Shown here piece by piece: positions 19,205 to 29,814 of a stretch of 64,000 nucleotides of DNA. Position 1 is the first letter of the stretch, and each line of letters begins with the position of its first letter. Made by a program: the position numbers and the translations under genes. The notes beneath the pieces are model-generated. The model did not search any database, was not told the origin of the DNA, and saw only the letters and a list, made by a program, of their open reading frames with translations. The DNA is from an uncultured Treponema sp. (GTDB lineage: Bacteria; Spirochaetota; Spirochaetia; Treponematales; Treponemataceae), in the NCBI GenBank assembly GCA_938039145.1, contig CALHVG010000036.1, positions 23,251 to 87,250 of the forward strand, read 5' to 3'.

Positions 19205-22200
19205 ATGGCGGAAAAAACAGGGGAAAAACTTCCGATACGGATTGGAATTGATGTCGGCTCTACAACTGTAAAGATTGTTGTGCTGGACGATTCGGATAAA
19301 CTTATTTACGGAGACTATCAGCGGCACAGGGCGGACATATGCAGCACGATAATCAGCGTTGTCGCAACTTGTTTTGATGTCCTTCAGAAGGAACATGGTT
19401 ATTCGGTAGAGCAAAGTGTGAGCGTGAAGGTTACGGGTTCGGGAGGGCTTTCTGTCTCTCAGTGGCTGAACATTCCTTTCATTCAGGAGGTTGTGGCGGC
19501 GACCACTGCGGTAAAACGCCTTATCCCTCAGACGGACGTTGTGATAGAGCTTGGCGGAGAAGATGCGAAAATCACGTACTTTACAGGCGGTGTGGAGCAG
19601 CGGATGAACGGCACTTGCGCCGGCGGAACGGGTGCTTTCATCGACCAGATGGCGGCTCTTCTTGAGACGGACGCTTCAGGGCTGAACGCTCTTGCCGCAG
19701 GTGCGACCACGATTTATCCGATTGCGGCCCGTTGCGGTGTGTTTGCAAAGACTGATGTGCAGCCGCTTATAAACGAGGGCGCACGGCGTGAGGATATAGC
19801 CGCCTCGATTTTTCAGGCTGTGGTGAACCAGACTATTTCGGGGCTTGCCTGCGGAAAGCCTATCCGTGGGCATGTCGCATTTTTGGGAGGTCCGCTTCAT
19901 TTTCTCGATCAGCTTAGATTTCGTTTTATTGAGACTTTAAAACTCAAGGACGATGAGATAATCGTTCCGGAAGGTTCGCAGCTTTTTGTGGCTGCAGGTT
20001 CTGCGTTTAGTGCGGAAAGAAAATTCACGGCGGAAGATGGATCGGTCTATCGGTTTCCAACGATAGGGGAATTCAGGGAAAGTCTAAAGAATCTTGTCGG
20101 TGCGGAACTGAACGAGGTTCAGCGGCTCGCTCCGCTTTTTAACAACGCCACGGAACTGGAGACTTTCAGAAAGCGTCATGCTCAGGAAAAGGCAGCGCGT
20201 GCCGTTTTGGACGAGACTACAGGTCCTGTATTTCTTGGGCTGGATTCGGGGTCTACAACCACAAAGGCTGTCCTTATTGATCAAAAAGGGCGTATTATCT
20301 GGGATTTTTATTCTCACAATCTTGGAAATCCTGTGGACCTTGCCGTCAAGGTCTTGAAGGAACTTTATTCACGGCTTCCAAAGGATGTATATATTGCCCG
20401 TGCCGTTTCTACGGGCTACGGCGAGGCCTTGTTTCAGGCTGCGCTGGGAGTTGACTCCGGCGAAGTCGAGACGATAACGCATTTTCGGGCGGCGGATTTT
20501 TTTGTTCCGGGCGTGGAGTTTCTTTTGGATATCGGCGGACAGGACATGAAATGTCTTCGCATGAAGGACGGTGCGATTTCTTCTATTCAATTGAACGAGG
20601 CGTGTTCTTCCGGCTGCGGTTCATTCCTTGATAATTTTGCAAACACGATGGGAATGGACGTAAAGGAATTCGGAAAAATCGCCCTGATGGCAGATAAGCC
20701 CGTGGATCTTGGAAGCCGCTGCACTGTGTTCATGAACAGCCGTGTAAAGCAGGCGCAGAAGGAAGGAGCGAGCGTCGCCGACATTGCTTCGGGGCTTTGC
20801 TATTCTGTTATAAAAAACGCATTGTTCAAGGTCATAAAATTGAGGAAGGCGAGCGACATAGGCGAAAAGGTCGTTGTGCAGGGCGGAACTTTCTTTAACG
20901 ATGCGATTCTTCGTGCGTTCGAAAAGATTTCGGGGGTGGAAGTTTTTCGTCCGGATGTAGCGGGGCTTATGGGAGCTTACGGTTCTGCGCTCATAGCGTA
21001 CGACCAGTGGGTGGATTTAACATCTCCAAAGCCCGGAGACCCCATAGGAACTCCGCCAAAGGAACTTCGTTCCGGAATCGCCACGCTTGAGCAGCTTGAA
21101 AATTTCTGCGTGGAGCTGGAAAGCCGCCGCTGCGGAAAATGTCAGAACAATTGCCTTATGACAATAAACACGTTCAGCGACGGAACGAACAGGCGGATTT
21201 TCATAACCGGAAACCGCTGCGAGCGCGGTGCGGAAATCGAAGGCAATGTGATAGACGCTTCAAACAAGGCGAACACCGCCGTTTTGGATGTCGGCGAAAA
21301 AATGCCCAATCTTTTTGAATGGAAATACAAGAGGCTTTTCGGCTATGTTCCTCTAAAAATAAATGAAGCACCTATGGGCGATGTGGGCATTCCCAGAGTT
21401 TTGAATATGTATGAGAACTATCCGTTGTGGTTTACATTCTTTACAAAATTGGGATTTAGGGTTGTGCTTAGCCAGCGTTCCTCAAGGACGGTTTACGAAA
21501 AGGGAATTGAGACAATTCCTTCCGAGTCAGTGTGCTATCCCGGAAAAATAAGCCATGGCCATGTCGTAAGTCTTATTCAGCGAGGTGTAAAGTTCATATT
21601 CTATCCGTGCGCCCCTTACGAAAAACAGGAGGATTTCGGAGCGGGAAATCACTACAATTGCCCGATAGTTACAAGTTATCCTGAGGTCTTGCGGAACAAT
21701 ATAGACGAGCTTAGGCAAGACCCGACGATAACCTATATGGATCCCTTTCTTCCGATTTACGACAAGGAGCGGCTTTTCCAGAGGCTTTGCGAGGAACTTT
21801 TGCCGAAATTCCCAAGTCTGATGGAAAGCAAAATCCGTGATGCCGTGGACGAAGCCTGGAAAGAGGAAGAGCGCTTCAGAGAGGAAGTAAAAACTGTTGG
21901 GGAAGAGGCTCTTGAAAAAATGATTCGCTCCGGCGGAAACGGAATTGTTCTTGCCGGTCGTCCTTATCACCTTGACCCTGAGATAAACCATGGAATTCCT
22001 GAGATGATAAATTCTTTGGGGCTTGCGGTCTTCACCGAGGATTCTGTTGCGCATTTGGGTTCTGTTGAACGACCTTTACGCATAATCGACCAGTGGGTTT
22101 ATCACAACAGGCTTTACCGTTCCGCTGCATTTGTAAGCGAGATGCCTAATCTTGAGATGCTTCAGCTTACTTCGTTCGGCTGCGGACTGGATGCCGTTAC

Positions 22201-23674
22201 CGCCGATCAGGTCGACGAGATAATGAAATCAAAGGGCAGGATGTACACGCTCATAAAAATCGATGAAGGCTCGAATCTTGGAGCCGTAAGGATAAGGATT
22301 CGTTCTTTGATTGCCGCCGTGAAGGAAAGGCAAAGACACAAAAGAAAGCCCGTAAAGATTTCTTCCGCATATCAAAGGCAAGTTTTCACAAAAGAAATGA
22401 AAAAATCCTATACGATAATAGGACCTCAGATGTCGCCGATTCATTTCAGGATTCTAAAGGAAGCGTTCAGTTCGTGCGGCTACAATTTTGTGATTCTTGA
22501 TGCGGTTGACCCAAAAGCCGTTGAAGCGGGACTTCGCTACGTAAATAACGATGCGTGTTATCCTTCTATTCTTGTGGCGGGTCAGATGATTGCCGCCCTT
22601 GAGTCGGGTAAATACGACTTGAACAGGGTGGCTTTGATAATCACACAAACCGGCGGCGGCTGCAGGGCAACAAACTATATCGGCTTTATCCGCCGGGCAT
22701 TGAACGATGCCGGCTGGTCGCAGATTCCGGTTCTTTCTTTGAGCGCACAAGGTTTTGAAAAAAATCCGGGATTCAAGATTTCGCTCGGTCTTCTTCACAA
22801 GCTTTTGATGTCTGTGATGGTGGGTGATGTCCTTATGCGTGTTCTTTACCGCACCCGTCCCTACGAAGCTGTTCCGGGTAGTGCGGATGCATTGTACGAA
22901 AAATGGTCTTCAAAGGCGGAACGGCAAATCCGTTCCTCGTCTCTTTTGGGCTACCACAGACTTTTGAAAGGAATTGTAAGGGATTTTGATTCCCTTGAAC
23001 TCAAGCCCATAAAGAAGCCGAGGGTCGGGGTTGTCGGAGAGATTCTTGTGAAGTTCCATCCGACGGCGAACAACAAAATCGTTGAGACAATCGAAAAAGA
23101 AGGTGCGGAATGCGTCATGCCCGACCTTGCAGATTTTTTCTTCTATTCATTCAGCACAGGAATTTTCAGGCACGAAGAACTTGCCTTCCCAAAAAAGACT
23201 GAAAGAAACGCGCGCCTTTTTGTATGGTTTCTTGAACTTTATCGAAAAAAGATGAAAAAATATCTTGACGAGTCGCACAGATTTGATTCTCCAAGTTCAA
23301 TCTACGACCTTATGCAAGGCGTTGACGATATTGTACAGCTTGGAAACATCACTGGAGAAGGCTGGTTTCTTACTGCGGAAATGGTGGAACTCATAAAAGA
23401 GGGCGCTCCTAGCATCGCCTGCGTTCAGCCGTTTGCCTGCCTTCCGAACCACGTTACGGGAAAAGGAATGATAAAGGAACTTAGAAGAAGATTTCCGGAG
23501 GCGAACATATCTGCCATCGACTACGACCCCGGCTCTTCGGAAGTGAATCAGCTGAATAGGCTGAAGTTGCTTCTTTCCGCTGCACCAATTGGAAATCACC
23601 CTGATGAAGAGGCGGACGGAAAAATACACAATCCTGACGGAACTGTGGTAGAACCTGTTATAAAACCTGCTTAA
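19205..23674 (+). CDS. Fusion protein: two BadF/BadG/BcrA/BcrD (HgdC-like) activase ATPase modules plus 2-hydroxyacyl-CoA dehydratase-like C-terminal domains
   Basis: Two ASKHA modules (IGIDVGSTTVKIVV..GGEDAKI..CAGGTGAFID and LGLDSGSTTTKAVL..IGGQDMKCL..CSSGCGSFLD). A Cys cluster follows (CGKCQNNC..GNRCERG), then a long HgdB/DUF2229-like C-terminus. Start placed at ATG 19205. Confidence 0.8.
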   Translation: MAEKTGEKLPIRIGIDVGSTTVKIVVLDDSDKLIYGDYQRHRADICSTIISVVATCFDVLQKEHGYSVEQSVSVKVTGSGGLSVSQWLNIPFIQEVVAATTAVKRLIPQTDVVIELGGEDAKITYFTGGVEQRMNGTCAGGTGAFIDQMAALLETDASGLNALAAGATTIYPIAARCGVFAKTDVQPLINEGARREDIAASIFQAVVNQTISGLACGKPIRGHVAFLGGPLHFLDQLRFRFIETLKLKDDEIIVPEGSQLFVAAGSAFSAERKFTAEDGSVYRFPTIGEFRESLKNLVGAELNEVQRLAPLFNNATELETFRKRHAQEKAARAVLDETTGPVFLGLDSGSTTTKAVLIDQKGRIIWDFYSHNLGNPVDLAVKVLKELYSRLPKDVYIARAVSTGYGEALFQAALGVDSGEVETITHFRAADFFVPGVEFLLDIGGQDMKCLRMKDGAISSIQLNEACSSGCGSFLDNFANTMGMDVKEFGKIALMADKPVDLGSRCTVFMNSRVKQAQKEGASVADIASGLCYSVIKNALFKVIKLRKASDIGEKVVVQGGTFFNDAILRAFEKISGVEVFRPDVAGLMGAYGSALIAYDQWVDLTSPKPGDPIGTPPKELRSGIATLEQLENFCVELESRRCGKCQNNCLMTINTFSDGTNRRIFITGNRCERGAEIEGNVIDASNKANTAVLDVGEKMPNLFEWKYKRLFGYVPLKINEAPMGDVGIPRVLNMYENYPLWFTFFTKLGFRVVLSQRSSRTVYEKGIETIPSESVCYPGKISHGHVVSLIQRGVKFIFYPCAPYEKQEDFGAGNHYNCPIVTSYPEVLRNNIDELRQDPTITYMDPFLPIYDKERLFQRLCEELLPKFPSLMESKIRDAVDEAWKEEERFREEVKTVGEEALEKMIRSGGNGIVLAGRPYHLDPEINHGIPEMINSLGLAVFTEDSVAHLGSVERPLRIIDQWVYHNRLYRSAAFVSEMPNLEMLQLTSFGCGLDAVTADQVDEIMKSKGRMYTLIKIDEGSNLGAVRIRIRSLIAAVKERQRHKRKPVKISSAYQRQVFTKEMKKSYTIIGPQMSPIHFRILKEAFSSCGYNFVILDAVDPKAVEAGLRYVNNDACYPSILVAGQMIAALESGKYDLNRVALIITQTGGGCRATNYIGFIRRALNDAGWSQIPVLSLSAQGFEKNPGFKISLGLLHKLLMSVMVGDVLMRVLYRTRPYEAVPGSADALYEKWSSKAERQIRSSSLLGYHRLLKGIVRDFDSLELKPIKKPRVGVVGEILVKFHPTANNKIVETIEKEGAECVMPDLADFFFYSFSTGIFRHEELAFPKKTERNARLFVWFLELYRKKMKKYLDESHRFDSPSSIYDLMQGVDDIVQLGNITGEGWFLTAEMVELIKEGAPSIACVQPFACLPNHVTGKGMIKELRRRFPEANISAIDYDPGSSEVNQLNRLKLLLSAAPIGNHPDEEADGKIHNPDGTVVEPVIKPA

Positions 23675-23806
23675 GGTTTTTCCGGCATGAACGACCCTGA
23701 GCCTGTGCTTCAGGAGGACGTTCCTGCGGTGTCGAAAATGAACTAAAACGTGATTGAATCATCGGGAGGGCTGTAAGTTTTGCGCTTTTTGGTCGATTAT
23801 AGAAGC

Positions 23807-25186
23807 ATGAAGAAAAGATTTTTGATTTTGTCGCTGATGTTTTTTTCCCTCATTTGTGCGAATGCGGAATACAACCGCTTGGGAATTCCAGATTCGTCAA
23901 GTATCCGAAAAAAACTTGTGGAAACGTGGTTCGAAGCTCCGCTTAGTTTTGTTCGCATGAATGTTCCCGAAATAATGACGAACGCAATAGGGCAAAGATT
24001 TCAGGTTCGCCTTGAAGAAACGGAAGATTATTTTTCGATACTGGTTGCGCCTCACGCCCGCCTTTCCGTCGGCGTTTATTCGGACAAAGGAAACTCAACC
24101 GAGATTCAGGACGTGTATCCCGGAGATGCACCCGGCGCTTGGATTTTGGTAAAGGACAAAAAAACGGAAAAACCCATAAAAATCGTGTATTATTTTGCTT
24201 CCGACAGCGATGTTTTCGTGCAGTTCTTGCCTTTTAAGAATTCTTCGCTCGGAGATTTTGTGATTTTTAATTGCTATGCCGCAAAAGGCGTTTCGACGGG
24301 GCTTCCTTTCGAGCGTTATTATTCCGCCTCTTTTGCCGAAGTCGTAAAATGGACGGAAAAAATGCTTCCGTGGAATTACACGCGGATTTTTCCCGAAAAC
24401 TATCATTCCACTCTTCAGATGGCGAACATAATCCGTGAACGGCTTCCGGAAATAATAATCGAAGATGACGCTTGCTACGACGAGAACTTTGAGCCTGTCT
24501 ACATTTCCACAGGAAAGAAGCGGAAAATCGACAATGAATACAAGGAACGGCTGAGCGTTTCCGGAGCGGGCTTTCTAAAATGGATTTCAGACGGAATTGT
24601 AGAGCCGCTTACAGGAGGTTATCTAAAAAGAGACGCTCTTATTCGTGAGACCGTAGATTATAAGTCTACAGGTTTTCAGGGAATCCTTTCCGAAAGTTAC
24701 AATATTTTTTTCACTTTGGATTGGATAAGAAATCTTGCAGCCGGTTTGGTTTCGGTGCGTACCGGGCGGAACTATTTTTTTGACGAGGCTGGCGTTGACG
24801 TAAAAGTTGAACCTTTCTGCGCGGAATTTACAAGCCAGGGAATACAGAATCTTTCGGGCTTTGTTACGAATGCAGGATATTCTGCAAAATATTTGAAGGC
24901 GTTGCTCTATGTGCTTGCCGTTACCGAACCGGAGACATTTTATTTTGCCGCCATCAGGGAAACGGACAGAACCCGCTCTCCTGAGATTCAGGTTTTCAAT
25001 TCGGCTGGAATTTTTTTCCCGTATTTTGATTCAAAAGCACGTTTTAAGGTTATCATGTTCAAGGACGGAAAAGAGCTTTCGTTCGAGGATTTTTGGCATA
25101 TTTATGAAAACGACAGCATTTTCCTTACCCGTTCATATTGCACGGAACAGTTTTATCCTGTTTCTCTGAAAAACAAAGATTTCTAA
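23807..25186 (+). CDS. Hypothetical secreted protein
   Basis: Signal peptide MKKRFLILSLMFFSLICANA. Start placed at ATG 23807, inside the TTG-initiated ORF. No family recognised. Confidence 0.6.
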   Translation: MKKRFLILSLMFFSLICANAEYNRLGIPDSSSIRKKLVETWFEAPLSFVRMNVPEIMTNAIGQRFQVRLEETEDYFSILVAPHARLSVGVYSDKGNSTEIQDVYPGDAPGAWILVKDKKTEKPIKIVYYFASDSDVFVQFLPFKNSSLGDFVIFNCYAAKGVSTGLPFERYYSASFAEVVKWTEKMLPWNYTRIFPENYHSTLQMANIIRERLPEIIIEDDACYDENFEPVYISTGKKRKIDNEYKERLSVSGAGFLKWISDGIVEPLTGGYLKRDALIRETVDYKSTGFQGILSESYNIFFTLDWIRNLAAGLVSVRTGRNYFFDEAGVDVKVEPFCAEFTSQGIQNLSGFVTNAGYSAKYLKALLYVLAVTEPETFYFAAIRETDRTRSPEIQVFNSAGIFFPYFDSKARFKVIMFKDGKELSFEDFWHIYENDSIFLTRSYCTEQFYPVSLKNKDF

Positions 25187-25200
25187 AAGGATTTTGTTTT

Positions 25201-28065
25201 ATGAAAAAAAAATTGTGTTTTTTATCTCTTTTGCTTCTGATTCCGATTTTCGGATTTTCCGTAGATTTTGAGACGGATGTTTTTCTTTACAACCAGCTTT
25301 CGTTTTCGTACAATTCCGGATTTTTCCCGGGCGTTATCCAATATGCCGAACGCATCGAAAACGATTTTCCGGATTCTCCGTTCAAATGCGATGCGATTTT
25401 AAAAAAAAGCGAATGTCTTGTTCGTCTCGGTATGTACGACGAGGCGGAAACGGTTCTTCTGAATTCTATTCAAATAAACGCTTCGGATTCCAAAATGTTT
25501 TCATCATCGTGCTACTGGCTTGCAAAGTCATACGAGCTTTCAGGCGATACGAAAAAGGCGCTGGATGCATACCGGGAATGTATGAAGGCAAGGGAAGATT
25601 TTTTTTCTATTTCCGTGATTAATTCCGCCGACATATTTTTTAACGCAAACGATTTTAATTCTTCCGTTCCGCTTTACGAGTTCGTGCTTGAAAACGGAAA
25701 TCTTTTTACTGCGGAACAATACGCAGAATGTGTCCTTAGGCTTTGCAAGGCATACAACAAAAGCGGAAAGGCGCAGGAAACCGTAACGCTTTATTCCAAG
25801 TTTTCCGAGGATGATTTTTCGGCACTCGGATTGAAAAAGCCCGTCTATCTTGTGCTTACCGAACTTACGGGCGAAGCGTACGAAAAAATCGGAAATTACG
25901 GAAAAGCCTACGAACTTTATTGCAGCGTCCTTGAAAGCGGAGAAAAATCTCTGGCTGCCGATGCTCTTAAAAAAGCATACATAGTTTCTTCGTTGCACAG
26001 AAAGTATGTTTCCGAAGAGCCGGGAACGGTTCTTTCCAATGCCCAAAAATATCTTGGCGAAAATCCTGACCTTTTGGGCGAATTTTGGACTCGTCTTGGA
26101 ACGGACGCTTTTTCTCAAGGGGAATTCAAAAAATCCGTGACTTATTTTGACGAAGCCGAAAAAAATGTTCCCGTCGATTTGTTTCTTTATGCGCTTTTGT
26201 ACCGTGCCCAGATTGCCGCCGGAAAAAATCCCGATGAGGAAAATGCCCGCACTGCCGAAAAAATGATTCTTGAAAGCCGCGGAATTTTGAACAAAGAAAA
26301 CGAAACTATTTGGGACAGGGAAAGTTTTATCCTTCTTACAAGATATGCGGCTGTTCAGAAAGATTGGGAAAAGGTGAAGCGTTACGCCAAAAATGTTGTT
26401 CCCCTAGACGAAGACACAAGGTTCTTCCTTGCGCTTGCATACTATTGCACGGATGACTATCAAAGCGCAAATTTTCTTTTAAAAAATCAGAACACGGAAC
26501 TTCACGCATTGAGCCTTGCAAGGTCGGGCGACTTGAACGGTGCGGATATGGTCTATCGAAAAATTAAAGAAGCCAGGACTTTGACCGACGAAGAGCGGTT
26601 GAACCGTTCAAAAATCCTTCTTCGTCTGGAACGTCATGAAGAAGCCCTGATGGAAGTGGACGGCTTAAAAACGCCTGAAGCAAAATATGTTCTTGGTCTT
26701 GGATTGTTCGGAAGTCGTTCTTGGAAGTCGGCGGAGGAGAATTTTTCCTCATTCATAAAAAATCCCGGCGACACGGACAAAAATTATCTTTCCTATGCGG
26801 ATTTTTATCTTGGCTATTCTAAGTTCAGGCAGGGAAAAAACGAGGAAGCCTACCGGACTTTAAGTTCGTTCGCCGAAAAAAATCCTTCCCACGAACTTTA
26901 TTATGATGCTCAGATTGCGGCGGCGAACTGCGCCGTTCGGAACTCAAAATACGATTTTGCGGCGGCTCATGCTTTTTCCGCCCTGAATGTTTCTTTTTCC
27001 GACGAGCAGAAAGAAAATTCCGTTCTTCTTTACGCAGAAATCCTTTCGGAACTCAATCGTTACGCCGAGGCTGAAAAACTTTTGGAAAAACATTCGGAGC
27101 GGAAGGACGATTTTGGAATGAAGAGCCTTTTTTATCTTGCCCGACTGTACGAAAAGCAAAATTTGTTTGAAAAAGCGGATTCAGCGTACAAGGCGGTGTA
27201 TGTCAGGTTTCCCGAAAAAAAACTTTCCGAGCAGGCGATGTACCGCCGAGGCGAAGTTTTTTACAACGCAAAAATCTATGAAAAGGCTGTAAAACGCTTT
27301 GACGAATACACGAAAACATTTTCGATGGGTTCTTTCATTGACGCATCTCGCTATTTTTCCGCCGAAAGTCTTTCGGAAAACGGAAATCCCGACAGGGCGA
27401 TTTTGCAGTACCGCCAGTTGATTCAAAAATATCCTAAAAGTTCATATGTCTACAACTCCGCAAAAAATCTGATTTCTATTTATAGGGCTAAGCGGGATTA
27501 CGGCAAATCCATGGAATATGCGTCTTTTTTGCTTGAAAACTATGCGGAAAAATCCAAGGGCGACGGAATCGAAAAACTTTTTTCCGAACTGAAATCGCTT
27601 TCGTCCGGGAAATCCGAGAAAATCGTTCAAAAAGAAAACGAATACGAAAACGCCGGAGAACAAAATTCCGCTTCAGGAAGAAAAATCGGAACCGAACTTG
27701 CGGCTTTGTATTACGAAAATCCCGACTTTCAAAAGGATGCGCTTAGCCTTGCAGAAACACTTCTTGAGCTTCAGGAAAACGACATTCAAAATGAACATTC
27801 CGATGCGGCAAAAAACGCCGAACTTCTCGGAAATGCTGCCCGAAAATCCGAGAATGACAGCGAGTCCGCGCGGTTTTATCTAAAAGCCGCAGAATATTAC
27901 AGAATGGGAGATTCTGCCGATAAGGCTTCCGCATCGTTTTACGGGGCGTACGAGGCGTTAAAGGCGGCGGGGCTTCGAAAAGATGCGAACGAGACCGCAA
28001 AACTTTTAAAAACTCTGTATCCTGAAAGCCGTCAGGCTAAAAGGGTAAAAATTATCGCCGATTAA
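25201..28065 (+). CDS. Large TPR-repeat protein, secreted
   Basis: Signal peptide MKKKLCFLSLLLLIPIFGFS. Many TPR-like helical repeats, some resembling YbgF/BamD. It starts 14 nt after the upstream stop. Confidence 0.7.
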   Translation: MKKKLCFLSLLLLIPIFGFSVDFETDVFLYNQLSFSYNSGFFPGVIQYAERIENDFPDSPFKCDAILKKSECLVRLGMYDEAETVLLNSIQINASDSKMFSSSCYWLAKSYELSGDTKKALDAYRECMKAREDFFSISVINSADIFFNANDFNSSVPLYEFVLENGNLFTAEQYAECVLRLCKAYNKSGKAQETVTLYSKFSEDDFSALGLKKPVYLVLTELTGEAYEKIGNYGKAYELYCSVLESGEKSLAADALKKAYIVSSLHRKYVSEEPGTVLSNAQKYLGENPDLLGEFWTRLGTDAFSQGEFKKSVTYFDEAEKNVPVDLFLYALLYRAQIAAGKNPDEENARTAEKMILESRGILNKENETIWDRESFILLTRYAAVQKDWEKVKRYAKNVVPLDEDTRFFLALAYYCTDDYQSANFLLKNQNTELHALSLARSGDLNGADMVYRKIKEARTLTDEERLNRSKILLRLERHEEALMEVDGLKTPEAKYVLGLGLFGSRSWKSAEENFSSFIKNPGDTDKNYLSYADFYLGYSKFRQGKNEEAYRTLSSFAEKNPSHELYYDAQIAAANCAVRNSKYDFAAAHAFSALNVSFSDEQKENSVLLYAEILSELNRYAEAEKLLEKHSERKDDFGMKSLFYLARLYEKQNLFEKADSAYKAVYVRFPEKKLSEQAMYRRGEVFYNAKIYEKAVKRFDEYTKTFSMGSFIDASRYFSAESLSENGNPDRAILQYRQLIQKYPKSSYVYNSAKNLISIYRAKRDYGKSMEYASFLLENYAEKSKGDGIEKLFSELKSLSSGKSEKIVQKENEYENAGEQNSASGRKIGTELAALYYENPDFQKDALSLAETLLELQENDIQNEHSDAAKNAELLGNAARKSENDSESARFYLKAAEYYRMGDSADKASASFYGAYEALKAAGLRKDANETAKLLKTLYPESRQAKRVKIIAD

Positions 28066-28081
28066 AAACATGGAGACCGAT

Positions 28082-29743
28082 ATGAAAAAAATCATTTTTT
28101 TTATGACAATTTTTGTTTTTGCGGGAACGCTTTTATTTCCTCAGACCGCCGAAGAAAATTATGCGGCTAAAACGGCGGAAAAGGATTCCGTGCTTTCCGA
28201 TTCGCCGGCTCAGGCTCAGTTTTCATCTCCTAAAGTCGGAAAAAACGCCGTCCCCGACTATTCCGAGGTTCTTCCGATAAGGCAGACTTCGGAACTTGTT
28301 CCAAGGCTTCCGGACGCGAGTGCGGGCGAAACTTCTTTGTTCGAGGAAAAAAGAACTTCGAGCGCGGTAGAAAAATCAATTTATGCAGAAGGGCTTGTCG
28401 GAATCGGCTACCCCGGCTTTTTCATAGGAAACTTTTCCGTGTACAATCAGACAGGGCTTAATCCGTTCAAGATTTCTTTCGGGCACGAAACGATGAACGG
28501 CTACGCTCGAAATTCGCGCTCGTCAGTATTTTTTGACAAGAACACGTCCGTTTCGGCGGAAAAAACATTTTCGTTCGCCAAAGGAAAATTCGTCGCTTCG
28601 GGGCTTTACAACAGCCTGAACGACGGACTTCAAAATCAGAACGAAAACATGAGCGACATGACAAGGGAACTTATTAAGACGCATGAAGTTTTTTCTATGA
28701 ATCTTCCGAAAGGTTTTTCGTTTGCGGGTGCGGTTGAAGGGGCGTGGTATAGAAGGTACGGAACCGTCGTCGGAACGCCCTCTTCGCCGATTCCGGGCTA
28801 TGCAAAAAATATAAGCGTCGTAAATATTTTGCCGAACGCAAGATTTGATTTTAAATACAAGGATTTTTTTATCGGGCTTGATTCAAAATACAGCCTTTCA
28901 CTTGACATGATAAATTCGTTTGATGAGCATTTTTCAAACAGCGGCAGATTCAGCCTGGATTCGGGTTATGAGAACGATTTTATGAAAGCTACGGGAAAAG
29001 TCGGCGCGGTGGTGGGAAACGATATCGGTTCAAATTCAGTTTTGATTCCGTTTTCCGTCGGCGCGGACTTTTCGATTCCCGTTCCGTTTTCTTCAAGAAA
29101 TGTAAAACTTTCCGCTTCGGGCGGCATGGATTCTTATTCCCCCGAAATTTACACGCTTGAAATGAAAAACGCTTTTTCCGTGCTTGGAAAACTTCCAGGC
29201 GAATCTACGGATTGGTTCGGAAAACTTGATTTTTCTTTGCCCGTGAAAGAATTTCTAAGTTTCAGGCTTTTTACGGAAATAAGAAAAACGGCGTTCGGAA
29301 ACGGAACTTTGACGGCTGATTATGGCGATGATTCAAATCGTGCGGCAGGACTTTACGCATATTCAAAAAAAGATATGTTTCAGTTCAACACGCTTACTTC
29401 CGCTTCCTATAAAACAAAAATCGGAATTTTCGGTGCGGAATGGGAAAGCGCATGGGCTTCAAGGGCGGCGAACGTTCATTTTCAGAAACTTCAAACCACG
29501 TATTCCTACCAATCGCGGACGGCGTTTTTTACTTTTGATGCGCTTTTGGGCTTTTATCCGGGCGACAAGGACATGATTCCGTTCTTTGATTTTGAGGCGG
29601 GATTTACGGTTTCGCCCGCCGTTCGTCTTGCTCTTGCAGGAAACGATATTGTAAAATTGATTATGGGAACCCCACGGCTTTATGCGGGCTCTTATATTTC
29701 GCGGAGCGGAGGGCTTTCCCTTCTTGCAAAATTTGTTTTCTAA
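28082..29743 (+). CDS. Candidate outer-membrane beta-barrel protein
   Basis: Signal peptide MKKIIFFMTIFVFAGTLLFPQ. Alternating beta-strand-like composition, with a C-terminal aromatic end (LLAKFVF). A GGAGA RBS precedes ATG 28082. Confidence 0.5.
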   Translation: MKKIIFFMTIFVFAGTLLFPQTAEENYAAKTAEKDSVLSDSPAQAQFSSPKVGKNAVPDYSEVLPIRQTSELVPRLPDASAGETSLFEEKRTSSAVEKSIYAEGLVGIGYPGFFIGNFSVYNQTGLNPFKISFGHETMNGYARNSRSSVFFDKNTSVSAEKTFSFAKGKFVASGLYNSLNDGLQNQNENMSDMTRELIKTHEVFSMNLPKGFSFAGAVEGAWYRRYGTVVGTPSSPIPGYAKNISVVNILPNARFDFKYKDFFIGLDSKYSLSLDMINSFDEHFSNSGRFSLDSGYENDFMKATGKVGAVVGNDIGSNSVLIPFSVGADFSIPVPFSSRNVKLSASGGMDSYSPEIYTLEMKNAFSVLGKLPGESTDWFGKLDFSLPVKEFLSFRLFTEIRKTAFGNGTLTADYGDDSNRAAGLYAYSKKDMFQFNTLTSASYKTKIGIFGAEWESAWASRAANVHFQKLQTTYSYQSRTAFFTFDALLGFYPGDKDMIPFFDFEAGFTVSPAVRLALAGNDIVKLIMGTPRLYAGSYISRSGGLSLLAKFVF

Positions 29744-29814
29744 AACGGAACCCGTAGTTTGCACCAAAAATTGCGGGCACAGAGGAAAGTTTAAGCTGTT
29801 TTACTGGAGATTTT

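Noticed and set aside
25204-25212. Homopolymer runs of 8-9 A or T as possible phase-variation tracts: A9 at 25204 in the TPR gene start, T8 near 8626, T8 near 28100, A9 at 40062, T9 at 44706, A9 near 53434.
   Set aside because: Most encode the Lys or Phe runs normal for signal peptides, or are terminator and UP-like A/T runs in AT-rich spacers. No long poly-G/C tracts are present, and variability cannot be assessed from a single sequence.
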